Program-made: the position numbers and the translations under genes
Notes under the pieces: generated by a model
Databases searched by the model: none
Told to the model about the DNA's origin: nothing
The model's input: the letters and a program-made list of their open reading frames with translations, nothing else
From: Vicinamibacterales bacterium
Lineage (GTDB): Bacteria > Acidobacteriota > Vicinamibacteria > Vicinamibacterales > UBA8438
Length of the DNA: 64,000 nt
NCBI GenBank assembly: GCA_965262985.1
Contig: OZ253576.1
Span: 2,057,213-2,121,212 of the forward strand
Reading direction: 5' to 3'
In this document: positions 1-9,015 of the stretch, piece after piece
Layout: every line of letters begins with the position of its first letter
Numbering within the stretch: position 1 is the first letter of the stretch

Positions 1-884
1 CGCTGGCGACGCTCGTCGTCAACAAGCTGCGCGGGACCCTGCAGGGCGCGGCCGTGAAGGCGCCGGGCTTCGGTGACCGCCGCAAGGCGATGCTCGGAGA
101 CATCGCGGTACTCACCGGCGGCAAGGCGGTTACCGAGGACCTCGGGCTGAAGCTCGAAAACATCCGGATCGAGGATCTCGGCAAGGCCAAGAAGGTCACC
201 ATCGACAAGGACAACACCACCATCGTCGAGGGTGAAGGCACGCACGCCGCCATCGAAGGTCAGGTCAAACAGATTCGCACGCAGATCGACGAGACCACCT
301 CGGACTACGATCGCGAGAAACTGCAGGAGCGGCTGGCGAAGCTCGTGGGCGGCGTGGCCATCATCAAGGTCGGGGCAGCGACAGAGACCGAGATGAAGGA
401 GAAGAAGGCGCGGGTCGAGGACGCGATGCACGCGACCAAGGCGGCGGTCGAAGAAGGCATCGTGCCCGGCGGCGGCGTGGCCCTGCTGCGCAGCCAGACG
501 GCGCTGGCCGATCTGCACCTCGACGGCGACCGGCAGATCGGCGTGAACATCATCCGGCGCGCGCTTGAGGAGCCGATGCGCTGGATCGCCACCAACGCCG
601 GTGAGGAAGGTTCGATCGTCGTGGCGAAGGTGCGGGAGCTGTCGGTCGAGGAGGAAGGCTTCAATGCGCAGAGTGAAATCTACGAGAACCTGATCACGGC
701 CGGTGTCATCGACCCGACCAAGGTGGTGCGGGCCGCGCTGCAGAATGCCAGCTCGATCGCGTCCTTGCTGCTGACCACCGAGGCCCTCGTCTGCGAGATT
801 CCGGAAGAGAGGAAGGACGCCGGCGGCATGCCTGGCGGCGGCGGAGGCATGGACGGCATGGGCGGCATGGGCGGCATGATGTAG
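1..884 (+). CDS. groEL: Chaperonin GroEL, C-terminal part (5' end lies outside the window)
   Basis: The frame of ORF 54..884 stays open to base 3. Translation reads [40 protein letters not shown]... and ends in the typical Gly-Met tail [13 protein letters not shown]. Confidence 0.97.
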   Translation, partial: LATLVVNKLRGTLQGAAVKAPGFGDRRKAMLGDIAVLTGGKAVTEDLGLKLENIRIEDLGKAKKVTIDKDNTTIVEGEGTHAAIEGQVKQIRTQIDETTSDYDREKLQERLAKLVGGVAIIKVGAATETEMKEKKARVEDAMHATKAAVEEGIVPGGGVALLRSQTALADLHLDGDRQIGVNIIRRALEEPMRWIATNAGEEGSIVVAKVRELSVEEEGFNAQSEIYENLITAGVIDPTKVVRAALQNASSIASLLLTTEALVCEIPEERKDAGGMPGGGGGMDGMGGMGGMM

Positions 885-905
885 GCCACCGCCCGGACAG
901 CACGT

Positions 906-940
906 GGGGGCGCACCGCAACCCGGTGCGCCCCCTTTTTT
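906..940 (+). terminator. Rho-independent terminator downstream of groEL
   Basis: GGGGGCGCACC(G)-loop-(C)GGTGCGCCCCC forms an 11-12 bp GC stem, followed directly by TTTTTT. It starts 22 nt after the groEL stop codon. Confidence 0.85.
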
Positions 941-968
941 CTGCAGACTCGACGGCCGCAGACGACCG

Positions 969-1997
969 TCAACGAAGCGTGAACGTCAGTTCGATGGTGA
1001 CCAGTACCGCCACAGGTTCACCGAAGCGCGTGCCCGGCCTGAAGCGCCACTGCCGCGCCGCAATGATCGCTTCTTCGTCAAGACCGAAATTCGGGTCGAG
1101 CGACCGGATGATCTTGACTTCCCCCACCGTCCCGTCCGCCTCCACCACCGCCTGGATGAGAACCGCACCCTGAATCTTGGCCCGCATTGCCTCTGCGGTG
1201 TACTTTGGTTTGACCTGACGGAGCGACTGTGGCGTCAGGACGCCGTTGCCCGGCTGAAATGCGCCGCCACCCGTACCGCCGCCGGTGCCGGGCCCGAGAC
1301 CGTCGCCAGTCCCCGGTCCGATGCCGCCGCCGGACCCTGTGCCAGCGCCACCGTCGGAGCCGCTTCCCGCCGAATTGAGCGAACGTGCGAGCAACCCCTC
1401 GAGCACGCCGGACGTGGTGCGCGGAGCCGCCGCCAGGGGCACGGCCGACAGACGGACGCTGTGCGATTCGAGCCGCTCTTCCTCAGGCTCGGGTACGACC
1501 TCGGGCGGCGCTTCGACTTCTTCCGGCAGTTCCACCGGCACGGTCAGGTCATCCTCACCCTCGATTTCGACCTCCCGGGGCATCTCGAGCGATTCGTTTC
1601 CACCTCCGCCGCCGCCCCCGCCTGGACCTGGGTCGGGAATCCAGACGATGTCGTAGTTCGTGCGCTCGAGATTGACGACCTCCTCTGAGACCGGCGGAGA
1701 CCGAACGACGAGTACGATCAACGCCAGCGCAAGCGTGTGGCCCGCGAGGGAGGCTCCCAGCGAATTACGGACCCGCCCACGCTGCTGAGCAAGGAACGGT
1801 ACATATGCGGTGCCGCCGTCGGGATGGATGGATAGCCAGCTTCCAGTTGAGAGTGGGCGACCCGCCCGTGTCGACGCGACCCCGTCGCCACGCCGCACCC
1901 TCGTCTCATCGCGCGCTGCGCGACGACGCCGTTCTGGCGGCGTGTACGGCTCAAGGCCAGGCGTAAACCGAATGTGCCCGAGGTTCAAGCCATTCAC
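969..1997 (-). CDS. TonB family energy transducer
   Basis: N-terminal TM segment (HTLALALIVLVV), an acidic Pro/Glu-rich spacer, a Gly-rich linker and a TonB C-terminal domain (KPKYTAEAMRAKIQGAVLIQAVVEADGTVGEVKIIRSLDPNFGLDEEAIIAARQWRFRPG). The start is uncertain: an in-frame GTG at 1898 is an alternative. Confidence 0.8.
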   Translation of the reverse strand: MNGLNLGHIRFTPGLEPYTPPERRRRAARDETRVRRGDGVASTRAGRPLSTGSWLSIHPDGGTAYVPFLAQQRGRVRNSLGASLAGHTLALALIVLVVRSPPVSEEVVNLERTNYDIVWIPDPGPGGGGGGGGNESLEMPREVEIEGEDDLTVPVELPEEVEAPPEVVPEPEEERLESHSVRLSAVPLAAAPRTTSGVLEGLLARSLNSAGSGSDGGAGTGSGGGIGPGTGDGLGPGTGGGTGGGAFQPGNGVLTPQSLRQVKPKYTAEAMRAKIQGAVLIQAVVEADGTVGEVKIIRSLDPNFGLDEEAIIAARQWRFRPGTRFGEPVAVLVTIELTFTLR

Positions 1998-2093
1998 AGG
2001 AAGAGCACTCTCCTCACCTGGTCGGGGTCACCCCGGCGCCGAACATTTCCGTTGCAAGACCGGTACCGACCCAACTCAGGTCTCCCATTTCAG

Positions 2094-2122
2094 AGGATAT
2101 CTCTTAACCTTCATTTTATCAA
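2094..2122 (-). promoter_or_regulatory. Candidate sigma70-type promoter for the tonB-like gene
   Basis: Read on the minus strand: TTGATA, 17 nt, TATCCT. It sits in a locally AT-rich patch of the 237-bp spacer upstream of the gene. Confidence 0.3.
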
Positions 2123-2234
2123 TAGGTTAGAGTACATGGTCAGCCTGCGCCAGAAACGACCGCCGCCGCCGGTCCTGTCCTCGAACGATGGCACATGTGC
2201 TCACATTCGCGACCGGCAACCTGAGGCGAGCCCG

Positions 2235-2693
2235 TTACACCCTCCCCGTCCAGGCCCCGATCGCCGCGTTGCCGCCGCCGTACGCAAACATGACGGTCAA
2301 TGCATCAGCGGCACGCGGATCGCCGTGCACGGCAACCAGCACACCGCCTCGGGCGGTGAGGGTTTCATAGATGAATCCGTCATGCGCTTGAAACCCGGCT
2401 CGCCGCATGGTCGCCGCCACCCCGGCCCGGTCCAGATCCGACGAGGGTCCCTGGAGGGTCCCGACGAGCGGTCCGTGGGCGACGACCGGACCGATTCGGG
2501 CAATGTTCAGTCTGGTGCCTGCGGTCCCGAATGTCCGCTGCAACAGTGCCGACGATTCCGGACTCTCCTTGCTGATCAGCGACAGGGCCTCTGAGGGAAA
2601 CCCTTCGCTCGCGAGTTTCTCGAGCCCGCGCTGCGCCCACCCCGTGTCTTGAAATACGCCAACCGTAATACTTTCTCGCGCTTCGTCGCTCAT
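2235..2693 (-). CDS. Hypothetical protein, possibly a general-stress (YflT/DUF1269-like) domain
   Basis: High GC3 ORF. I prefer the ATG at 2693 (MSDEARESITVGVFQD...), which is preceded by GAGGA. The family assignment is from memory and weak. Confidence 0.6.
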   Translation of the reverse strand: MSDEARESITVGVFQDTGWAQRGLEKLASEGFPSEALSLISKESPESSALLQRTFGTAGTRLNIARIGPVVAHGPLVGTLQGPSSDLDRAGVAATMRRAGFQAHDGFIYETLTARGGVLVAVHGDPRAADALTVMFAYGGGNAAIGAWTGRV

Positions 2694-2841
2694 TCCGATC
2701 CTCGGCGCCACCACCGGCGCAGCCAGCAACCGCCAGTCCCCATGAAGTGGTCGGACACCTCCCCGGCAGCTTCCGTAGTGTATCGACAGATCACCCTCAT
2801 TGGCAAAACCGGCAGACTCGGCGTTGGCCCTGCAACGGCGC

Positions 2842-4788
2842 TCACAGAACGACGCGCTGCTGGCCGATCCGCCGCGTCACACGTTCCCGGTCCAGGTATT
2901 CGAGCAACGGTATGGCGAACTTCCGGCTGACACCGTAGCGGTCCTTGAACGTACCCACATCGATCCGGACCGGATCGGCCGACGTCTTGAGGCCCTGCAC
3001 ATCGTGCTTCAGATGCTCGAGGGCGGCCAGATCGAACACCAGCGGCCCCACCCGAACCACCCGTCTCTGGCGGACCAGCAGCGGCAGCACCCTGTCGAGC
3101 AGGTCCGGATCGCAGCCAAGATGCTCGACGATCGCAGCCGGGGCCGGCGGAGACAACCCGGCTTCCTGTACGAGCGCCAGCACCGCCTCGCTGAGGCGCG
3201 TTTCCTCCTGTGACAACGTGACCTCGTAACCGGCCAGCGCCAGCCGGTCCCTCGCCACGAGACGGCCGGTCCGAACCAGATCGGCCAGTACGGCGTCGAA
3301 CACGGCGCCGCCGGCGTACTTGAAGAGCCGCTCCCGTGCCTCTTCCCGCGGCATGCCCTCGCTGAGAGGGTGTTCGACATGGAATCGGGTGACGAGCGCC
3401 ATGAGACGTTCGCTGACGGTGCCCAACGCCGTGGCGTCGATCACCCGCTCGCCGATGCGCCGAACCGCACCCACTGACGCCAACCGCTCGGCCAGTGCAT
3501 CAGCCGCGCCGGCATTCAGACCGGCCCGCATCCTCAGCGCGGTCATCGAGAGCCCGGTCACTCCCAACTCACCCACAAGCACCCGCACGGCCCCTTCGTG
3601 ACCGCGGTCGCCGGCGCCCGCGGCATCCCCCTGCAACCGCGCCAGCCGGACCCTCGCCGCGGCGGTTCGCACGCCAGCGTGCGGTGGCTGCGGATCGATC
3701 ACCTCTCCCCCGGCAATGGTCAACGGAGGCGAGTACACGCGCAGGATGAAGCGATCCCCACGCGTCACCACGGCCGGAGATTCAAGTCGAATCCTGACGA
3801 ACGCCTGCCCGTTCGGCGGCAACTCGGCCGGCGCGTCCTCGGACGATTCGGCATCGTCAAGACGTGGGCCCAGGGCGACCCGGCCGAGGACCTCACTCGT
3901 CCCGTGATGGAAGCGGACGCGCGCCCCGTGTTTCAGGCGGCGCGCCGACGGCAACAGGCGGAGACGAGCATCGAGACGCCGCGTGGCCTCGAAACATCCT
4001 GGCGACACGGCCGTGTCGCCGCGTGTGATGTCGGCGACGTCGACCCCCGAGAGGTTCGCGGCCACACGCTGTCCCGCCACAGCGACCCGCTGCGACGCGC
4101 CGTGCGCCTGCAACCCCCGAATCTTGACGTCTCGGCCGGCCGGCAGCAGTTGCAACGTCGTATCCACCGAGACCCGACCAGACACGAGAGTGCCCGTCAC
4201 GACGGTACCGAATCCCTTGACCGAAAAGGCCCGATCGATCGGCAGGCGCACCGGACCGCGAGTCTGGCGGCCGCCCGCCTGCTTTGCCATTGCGACCAGG
4301 GCCGCCCGTACGTCGGCCAGCCCCTGGCCCGTTCGTACCGACACCGGTACGACCGCCGCATCGGCGAGAAAGGAGTCCGCCACCAGATCGGCGGTTTCGA
4401 GACGCACCAGCTCCACGGTGTCGGTGTCGACCAGATCCGCCTTGGTCAGTGCGACGACCCCGCGGGTGACACCCAGCAGGCGGCAGATGTCGAAGTGCTC
4501 GCGCGTCTGCGGCATGACCGATTCGTCGGCCGCGATCACCAGCAGCACGCCGTCGATACCACTCGCGCCGGCCAGCATGTTCTTGACGAATCGTTCGTGA
4601 CCCGGCACATCGACGAACGCCAACTGGGTCTCACCGGCATCGAGATGCGCGAACCCCAGGTCGATGGTGATGCCTCGCGACTTCTCCTCCTTGAGCCGGT
4701 CCGGATCGGTTCCGGTCAGCGCCTGCACGAGCGCACTCTTGCCGTGATCGATATGCCCGGCGGTTCCGACGACGACGTATCGCGTCAT
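2842..4788 (-). CDS. selB: Selenocysteine-specific translation elongation factor SelB
   Basis: N-terminal GTPase ([31 protein letters not shown]), EF-Tu-like domains II/III and a long winged-helix C-terminal extension. 648 aa. Confidence 0.92.
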   Translation of the reverse strand: MTRYVVVGTAGHIDHGKSALVQALTGTDPDRLKEEKSRGITIDLGFAHLDAGETQLAFVDVPGHERFVKNMLAGASGIDGVLLVIAADESVMPQTREHFDICRLLGVTRGVVALTKADLVDTDTVELVRLETADLVADSFLADAAVVPVSVRTGQGLADVRAALVAMAKQAGGRQTRGPVRLPIDRAFSVKGFGTVVTGTLVSGRVSVDTTLQLLPAGRDVKIRGLQAHGASQRVAVAGQRVAANLSGVDVADITRGDTAVSPGCFEATRRLDARLRLLPSARRLKHGARVRFHHGTSEVLGRVALGPRLDDAESSEDAPAELPPNGQAFVRIRLESPAVVTRGDRFILRVYSPPLTIAGGEVIDPQPPHAGVRTAAARVRLARLQGDAAGAGDRGHEGAVRVLVGELGVTGLSMTALRMRAGLNAGAADALAERLASVGAVRRIGERVIDATALGTVSERLMALVTRFHVEHPLSEGMPREEARERLFKYAGGAVFDAVLADLVRTGRLVARDRLALAGYEVTLSQEETRLSEAVLALVQEAGLSPPAPAAIVEHLGCDPDLLDRVLPLLVRQRRVVRVGPLVFDLAALEHLKHDVQGLKTSADPVRIDVGTFKDRYGVSRKFAIPLLEYLDRERVTRRIGQQRVVL

Positions 4789-4803
4789 GCTGAACCCCGC
4801 GCC

Positions 4804-4969
4804 CTAGCAGCCCGTGGTGGAACCCCGCGTTGCACCGAGATTGGCGCTGCGCCCGCGTGGCAAGGCGCGACGAGGGAGCAAATTGGGGCATTTGTGACCG
4901 AGGAGCAACGCCGCCACGTGGGATGCAGCGCCAATCGAATGCAGTGGGGATTTCACCACGGGCTGCTAG
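4804..4969 (+). repeat. MITE-like palindromic intergenic element, copy A (short form, 166 bp)
   Basis: CTAGCAGCCCGTGGTG...CACCACGGGCTGCTAG forms 16-bp perfect terminal inverted repeats. The whole element folds into one long imperfect hairpin. The core is GACGAGGGAGCAAATTGGGGCATTTGTGACCGAGGAGC. Related copies lie at 39320, 43235, 48345 and 60533. Confidence 0.9.
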
Positions 4970-7230
4970 CTCCGTCCGCGGCCACGGCGGGTCTGGCGCC
5001 CGGCAGCGGCGGGACGTCCTCTGCCGGCCACCCGGTTGCGCCGCGGCCCGCGGTTTCTGTCCGATTCCCGAACGGCGTCGAGAATTTCCACCAACCCCAA
5101 ATCGACGCGGCGCCGCACCGTATCCACCCGCACCACCTGCACCGCCACCGCGTCGCCCAGCCGGTATCGCTTGCGGGTGTTCTCGCCGACGAGCGCATGG
5201 TCCGTGTCGAAAAACCGGTAGTAGTCATCGGCCATGCTCGAGATGTGCACCATCCCTTCCACGAAGTGCTCGATCAGCTCGACGAACAGTCCGAACCCGG
5301 TCACCCCGGTGACGTAGCCGGAGAACTCGTCGCCCACCTTGTCCGCCATGAAGCGCACCTTCTTCCACTGCAGAATCTCCCGCTCGGCGTCCTCCGCTCT
5401 GCGCTCCACCGTGGACGTATGACGTCCGATCTCCGGCAGCTCGTCAGCAAGTTCTTCGATCCGATCCGCCGCCGTGCCACCCTGCCGCCGCTCACGCAGC
5501 AATCGATGCACGACCAGATCCGGATAGCGGCGAATCGGCGACGTGAAGTGCGTGTAGGTTTCTGACGCCAACCCGAAATGCCCGGCGTTCACGGCGGCGT
5601 ACCGCGCCTTTTGCATGGTCCGAAGCATCAGCAGCGCCACCGGCCGTTCCTCGGGCCGTCCATGCAGACGCCGCAGCAGCGCCTGGAAGTGTCGGGGCCG
5701 CACCAGTTCGGGCGACACCCCCAGACCGTATCCCAGGCTGCTCGTGAACGCGTCGAACTCGGCCACCTTGTCCCTGTCCGGCGCCTCATGCACGCGATAC
5801 AGCGCCGGCGCCCCGCTGTCCTGCAAGTAGCGGGCGATGGTTTCGTTGGCCACCAGCATGAACTCCTCGATGATGCGATGAGCCACGTTGCGGTCCGCCG
5901 CGACGATGTCCTCGACCATTCCGGCTTCGTCGAGCACCAACTGGGTCGCCTTGAGGTCGAAGTCGATCGACCCGCGACGCACCCGCCGGTCTCTCAACCG
6001 CCGATACACCGTGTGCATCGACTCGAACATCGGCACGAGCGCGGCGTACTCGCGTGAGGTCTCCGGGTCGCCCCGATTCAGGATGGCGTCGACCGCCGTA
6101 TAGGTCATTCGCGCGGCCGAGCGAATGACTCCGTCGTGCAGTTCGAAGCGCACGACGTCGCCCGTCGGATCGATGTCCATGAGGCACGACTGCACCAGAC
6201 GGTCGACCCCGGGATTCAAGCTGCACAATCCCGTGGCCAGCGGCGTGGGAAACATGTGCAGCGCGCGGTCCGGAAAATACACGGACGTTCCGCGGGTAAA
6301 GGCGCACTCGTCGAGCGCGGTCCCCTCCTTCACGTAGTGCGCCACGTCGGCGATGTGCACGCCCAACCGGATGTGGCCGTCGGACAGCGGCTCGAGGCTG
6401 ACCGCGTCGTCGAAGTCGCGCGCCGTCTCACCATCGATTGTGACCGTCGTATGCGAGCGAAAGTCGGTGCGTCCCCGCAGATCCCCCGCCGTGATCTCGG
6501 TTCCCATCCGCTCGGCCTCCGCGGCGGCGGCGGGATCGTGCGCATCCGGAATCCGGTATTTTCTGAGAATCAACTCCGTGTCGACGCCGGGGTCTTCGAG
6601 AGCGCCCAACACCTCGATGATGTGTCCGATCGGGCCGCGCGCCGGGGTCGGCCACCGATCGATCTCAGCCACGACCATCTGGCCGGACACCGCCCCCGCG
6701 GTCGCACCACTGGCGATCTGAATGTCCATGACCACCCGCGGATCGAACGGCACCACGAATCCAACCCCGCTCTGGTCAATCTCGTAGCGGCCGACGAGAT
6801 CCTGGTTGGCGCGCTCGAGCACCCGCACGATGCGACCCTCGCTGCGCCCCTCGGCGGGTTCGACCCGCACCGTCACCCGATCGTCGTGCATCGCCTGATG
6901 CAGGTTCACGCCGGCCACGAAGATGTCCCTCTCGCCGCGCTCGACCTCATCGTCCGGCGTCACGAACCCGAAACCCCGCGGATTGACCTGGAGACGGCCA
7001 ACCACGAGATTCATCCGATCTGCCAGACCGTACCGTTGTCCACGGATACGGATCATCGCGCCGGCGTCGACAAGCTGCCGGATCTCCCGCCGAAACCGAT
7101 ACCGATCGTTCCGGGTAATGCCGAGCACACGGATGAGCTCCCTGATGGTCGCCGGATGACCCACGCGTTCCCGAATCTGTCCGAGGAGGTCACCGGCCGG
7201 CGCATCGCCCGGTCTGTCGCTGTCAGTCAT
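4966..7230 (-). CDS. rnr: Ribonuclease R (RNB family 3'-5' exoribonuclease)
   Basis: Cold-shock/OB N-terminal region, RNB catalytic domain (TIDGETARDFDDAVS, HFGLASETYTHFTSPIRRYPDLVVHR), S1 domain and a basic Arg/Gly tail. I prefer the ATG at 7230, which overlaps the upstream stop as ATGACTGA. Confidence 0.93.
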   Translation of the reverse strand: MTDSDRPGDAPAGDLLGQIRERVGHPATIRELIRVLGITRNDRYRFRREIRQLVDAGAMIRIRGQRYGLADRMNLVVGRLQVNPRGFGFVTPDDEVERGERDIFVAGVNLHQAMHDDRVTVRVEPAEGRSEGRIVRVLERANQDLVGRYEIDQSGVGFVVPFDPRVVMDIQIASGATAGAVSGQMVVAEIDRWPTPARGPIGHIIEVLGALEDPGVDTELILRKYRIPDAHDPAAAAEAERMGTEITAGDLRGRTDFRSHTTVTIDGETARDFDDAVSLEPLSDGHIRLGVHIADVAHYVKEGTALDECAFTRGTSVYFPDRALHMFPTPLATGLCSLNPGVDRLVQSCLMDIDPTGDVVRFELHDGVIRSAARMTYTAVDAILNRGDPETSREYAALVPMFESMHTVYRRLRDRRVRRGSIDFDLKATQLVLDEAGMVEDIVAADRNVAHRIIEEFMLVANETIARYLQDSGAPALYRVHEAPDRDKVAEFDAFTSSLGYGLGVSPELVRPRHFQALLRRLHGRPEERPVALLMLRTMQKARYAAVNAGHFGLASETYTHFTSPIRRYPDLVVHRLLRERRQGGTAADRIEELADELPEIGRHTSTVERRAEDAEREILQWKKVRFMADKVGDEFSGYVTGVTGFGLFVELIEHFVEGMVHISSMADDYYRFFDTDHALVGENTRKRYRLGDAVAVQVVRVDTVRRRVDLGLVEILDAVRESDRNRGPRRNRVAGRGRPAAAGRQTRRGRGRS

Positions 7231-8494
7231 GCCGCGGCGGAGTGGTCGTGTTGCCGGCGAGCAGAATCTGGAGATCACCCACGTTGGTGCCGCTCGGCCC
7301 GGTCCGTATCAGGTCGCACAGCGGATCGAAGAAGCGGTAGGCGTCATTGTTGTCGAGGTAGTCGTGCGGACCGCCGAGATGCAGCGCCCGCGCCCGTGCC
7401 AGCGTGGTGGAATCCACCAGAGCGCCTGCAGCGTCCGTCGGTCCATCCACCCCGTCGGTGCCCACGCTGGCCAACACGACAGGAGCAGCCTGACGGTCCA
7501 GGCTGGCGGCGGCGGCCAGCGCCAGCTCCTGGTTTCGCCCGCCACGGCCCTTCCCCTGCACCGTGACCGTGGTCTCGCCGGACGACACCACGCAGACGGG
7601 CCCGGACGGACATCCACGCAGGGTCAGGCTGCGAGTTACATGTGCGGCACCGGCCACGCGGGCCTCTCCGGTCAGCGGCGCCTCCATCAACGTCACCGTG
7701 TACCCGAGCCGGCGCGCCTCCGACGCCGCGCCCGCCATGGCCTGCCGGCGACTGCCGATCAGACGGAACGTCGAACGGGCCGCCGCGGGGTGACCCGGTT
7801 TCAAGGTTTCCGGGACCTCCCCGGCGGCGCCGCGCTCCATGACGTCCAGCACGCTTGCCGGCATGCGACGTCGGATAGCTGGGGCGCCGGCGATCGACAA
7901 CGCCTGACGATACGTCGTCCGATCCGGAACGGTCGGTCCAGAACCGATCACCGCCGGATCGTCCTCGACCGGCCCCACCACATCCGAAATGGCCAGTGTC
8001 AGCACGCGCCCGCGGGCGGACAGCGCCAGACGTCCTCCCTTGACCTCTGACAGGTGCTTTCTGACGCAGTTCAGCTCATGAATCGGGACTCCGGCCGACA
8101 GCAGAATCCGCGTGGCGTCAATCTTCTCCTCAAGGGTCAATCCGTCGACCGGCGCGGCCAGCAGCGCCGACGCGCCACCGGACAGCAACACTAGCACACA
8201 CGACGACGGCTCCGACTGCGCGGCGCAGCGCAGTGCAGCGCGGCCCGCCTCGACGCTGCCCGCATCCGGCAACGGATGCCCACCCTGGAGCCACGACATC
8301 CCGGCCGGCACCGGCGCGCTGCGGTCCGGCCCCACCGCGACCCCGCGGGCGACCTGAACGGTGGTCGAGATCAGCAGACCGTCGATCATCCCCGCCGCCG
8401 CCTTTCCCGCCGCAATCAGGGTCGGGGCGGCGCCGATGGCGCTCCGCACCGCCGGGTCGGCGAGCGCAACCTGCATCAGACGCCGCGGCGCCAC
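7223..8494 (-). CDS. Glycerate 2-kinase / hydroxypyruvate reductase-like protein (MOFRL family)
   Basis: GAGKAAAGM, LLSGGASAL, RKHLSEVKGGRL, GETTVTVQGKGRGGRNQELALAAA and VGTDGVDGPTDAAGA motifs. The N-terminus probably extends upstream of the first canonical start (see findings). Confidence 0.85.
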   Translation of the reverse strand: MAPRRLMQVALADPAVRSAIGAAPTLIAAGKAAAGMIDGLLISTTVQVARGVAVGPDRSAPVPAGMSWLQGGHPLPDAGSVEAGRAALRCAAQSEPSSCVLVLLSGGASALLAAPVDGLTLEEKIDATRILLSAGVPIHELNCVRKHLSEVKGGRLALSARGRVLTLAISDVVGPVEDDPAVIGSGPTVPDRTTYRQALSIAGAPAIRRRMPASVLDVMERGAAGEVPETLKPGHPAAARSTFRLIGSRRQAMAGAASEARRLGYTVTLMEAPLTGEARVAGAAHVTRSLTLRGCPSGPVCVVSSGETTVTVQGKGRGGRNQELALAAAASLDRQAAPVVLASVGTDGVDGPTDAAGALVDSTTLARARALHLGGPHDYLDNNDAYRFFDPLCDLIRTGPSGTNVGDLQILLAGNTTTPPRHD

Positions 8495-8576
8495 CGCGGC
8501 GAGCGCAGCACGGACGATCTCGAGAGCGTGGCGGCGAAGGAGCGAAAGAGGCGGAGGTTGAAAGGACAGGAGCAGA

Positions 8577-8897
8577 TCAGTGGGTATTCGCGGGATCAGA
8601 CCAGGCAGACAGCTTTGTCACGCCGTCGAATGTCTGCAGCAACCGGCTGACCACCAGACCGACATCGTCATGTCCCTCGGCGCACAGCTCGTCCACTCGG
8701 ACCATGACACGCCGGAGAGACTCCTCCATCTCGGCAATGGCACACTCGGAATACGCCTCTCGCTGGCGTTCGAGGCATGCCTTGTGCTTGAGGAATTCTT
8801 CCCGGTAGAAATTGGTGAGGATGGTGTGCGTTGTCGGAACCCGGGCCGGGCGTGCGCCGACCTGCAAACGTGCGAGGGTGTGAGTTGTCCGCGACAT
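8577..8897 (-). CDS. Hypothetical protein
   Basis: ORF lying between gatB and the glycerate kinase gene on the same strand. ATG at 8897 (MSRTTHTLARL...). No recognisable family and no clear SD sequence. Confidence 0.4.
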   Translation of the reverse strand: MSRTTHTLARLQVGARPARVPTTHTILTNFYREEFLKHKACLERQREAYSECAIAEMEESLRRVMVRVDELCAEGHDDVGLVVSRLLQTFDGVTKLSAWSDPANTH

Positions 8898-9015
8898 GCG
8901 ATACGAGTTTTCAGTGTATGCCGGCAGCTTCCCCACTGTCAACGACCCGTCTGGCGGCACGCGGACACGAAGAGGACTCGACACCTGGACCCACCGGCGG
9001 CGCACTCGCGCCCCG

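Noticed and set aside
4830-4965. Recurrent peptides GFHHGLL, REQIG.FVT and GANWEICDR in ORFs at all repeat copies
   Set aside because: They arise from translating the conserved repeat DNA on either strand. The host ORFs are otherwise unrelated shadow ORFs, so this is not a protein family. The possible asparaginase start is treated separately.
3598-5565. 655-aa ORF on the + strand spanning selB, repeat copy A and rnr
   Set aside because: It lies antisense to two well-supported genes and has an Arg/Pro/Gly-rich composition typical of high-GC shadow ORFs. It runs straight through a non-coding repeat.
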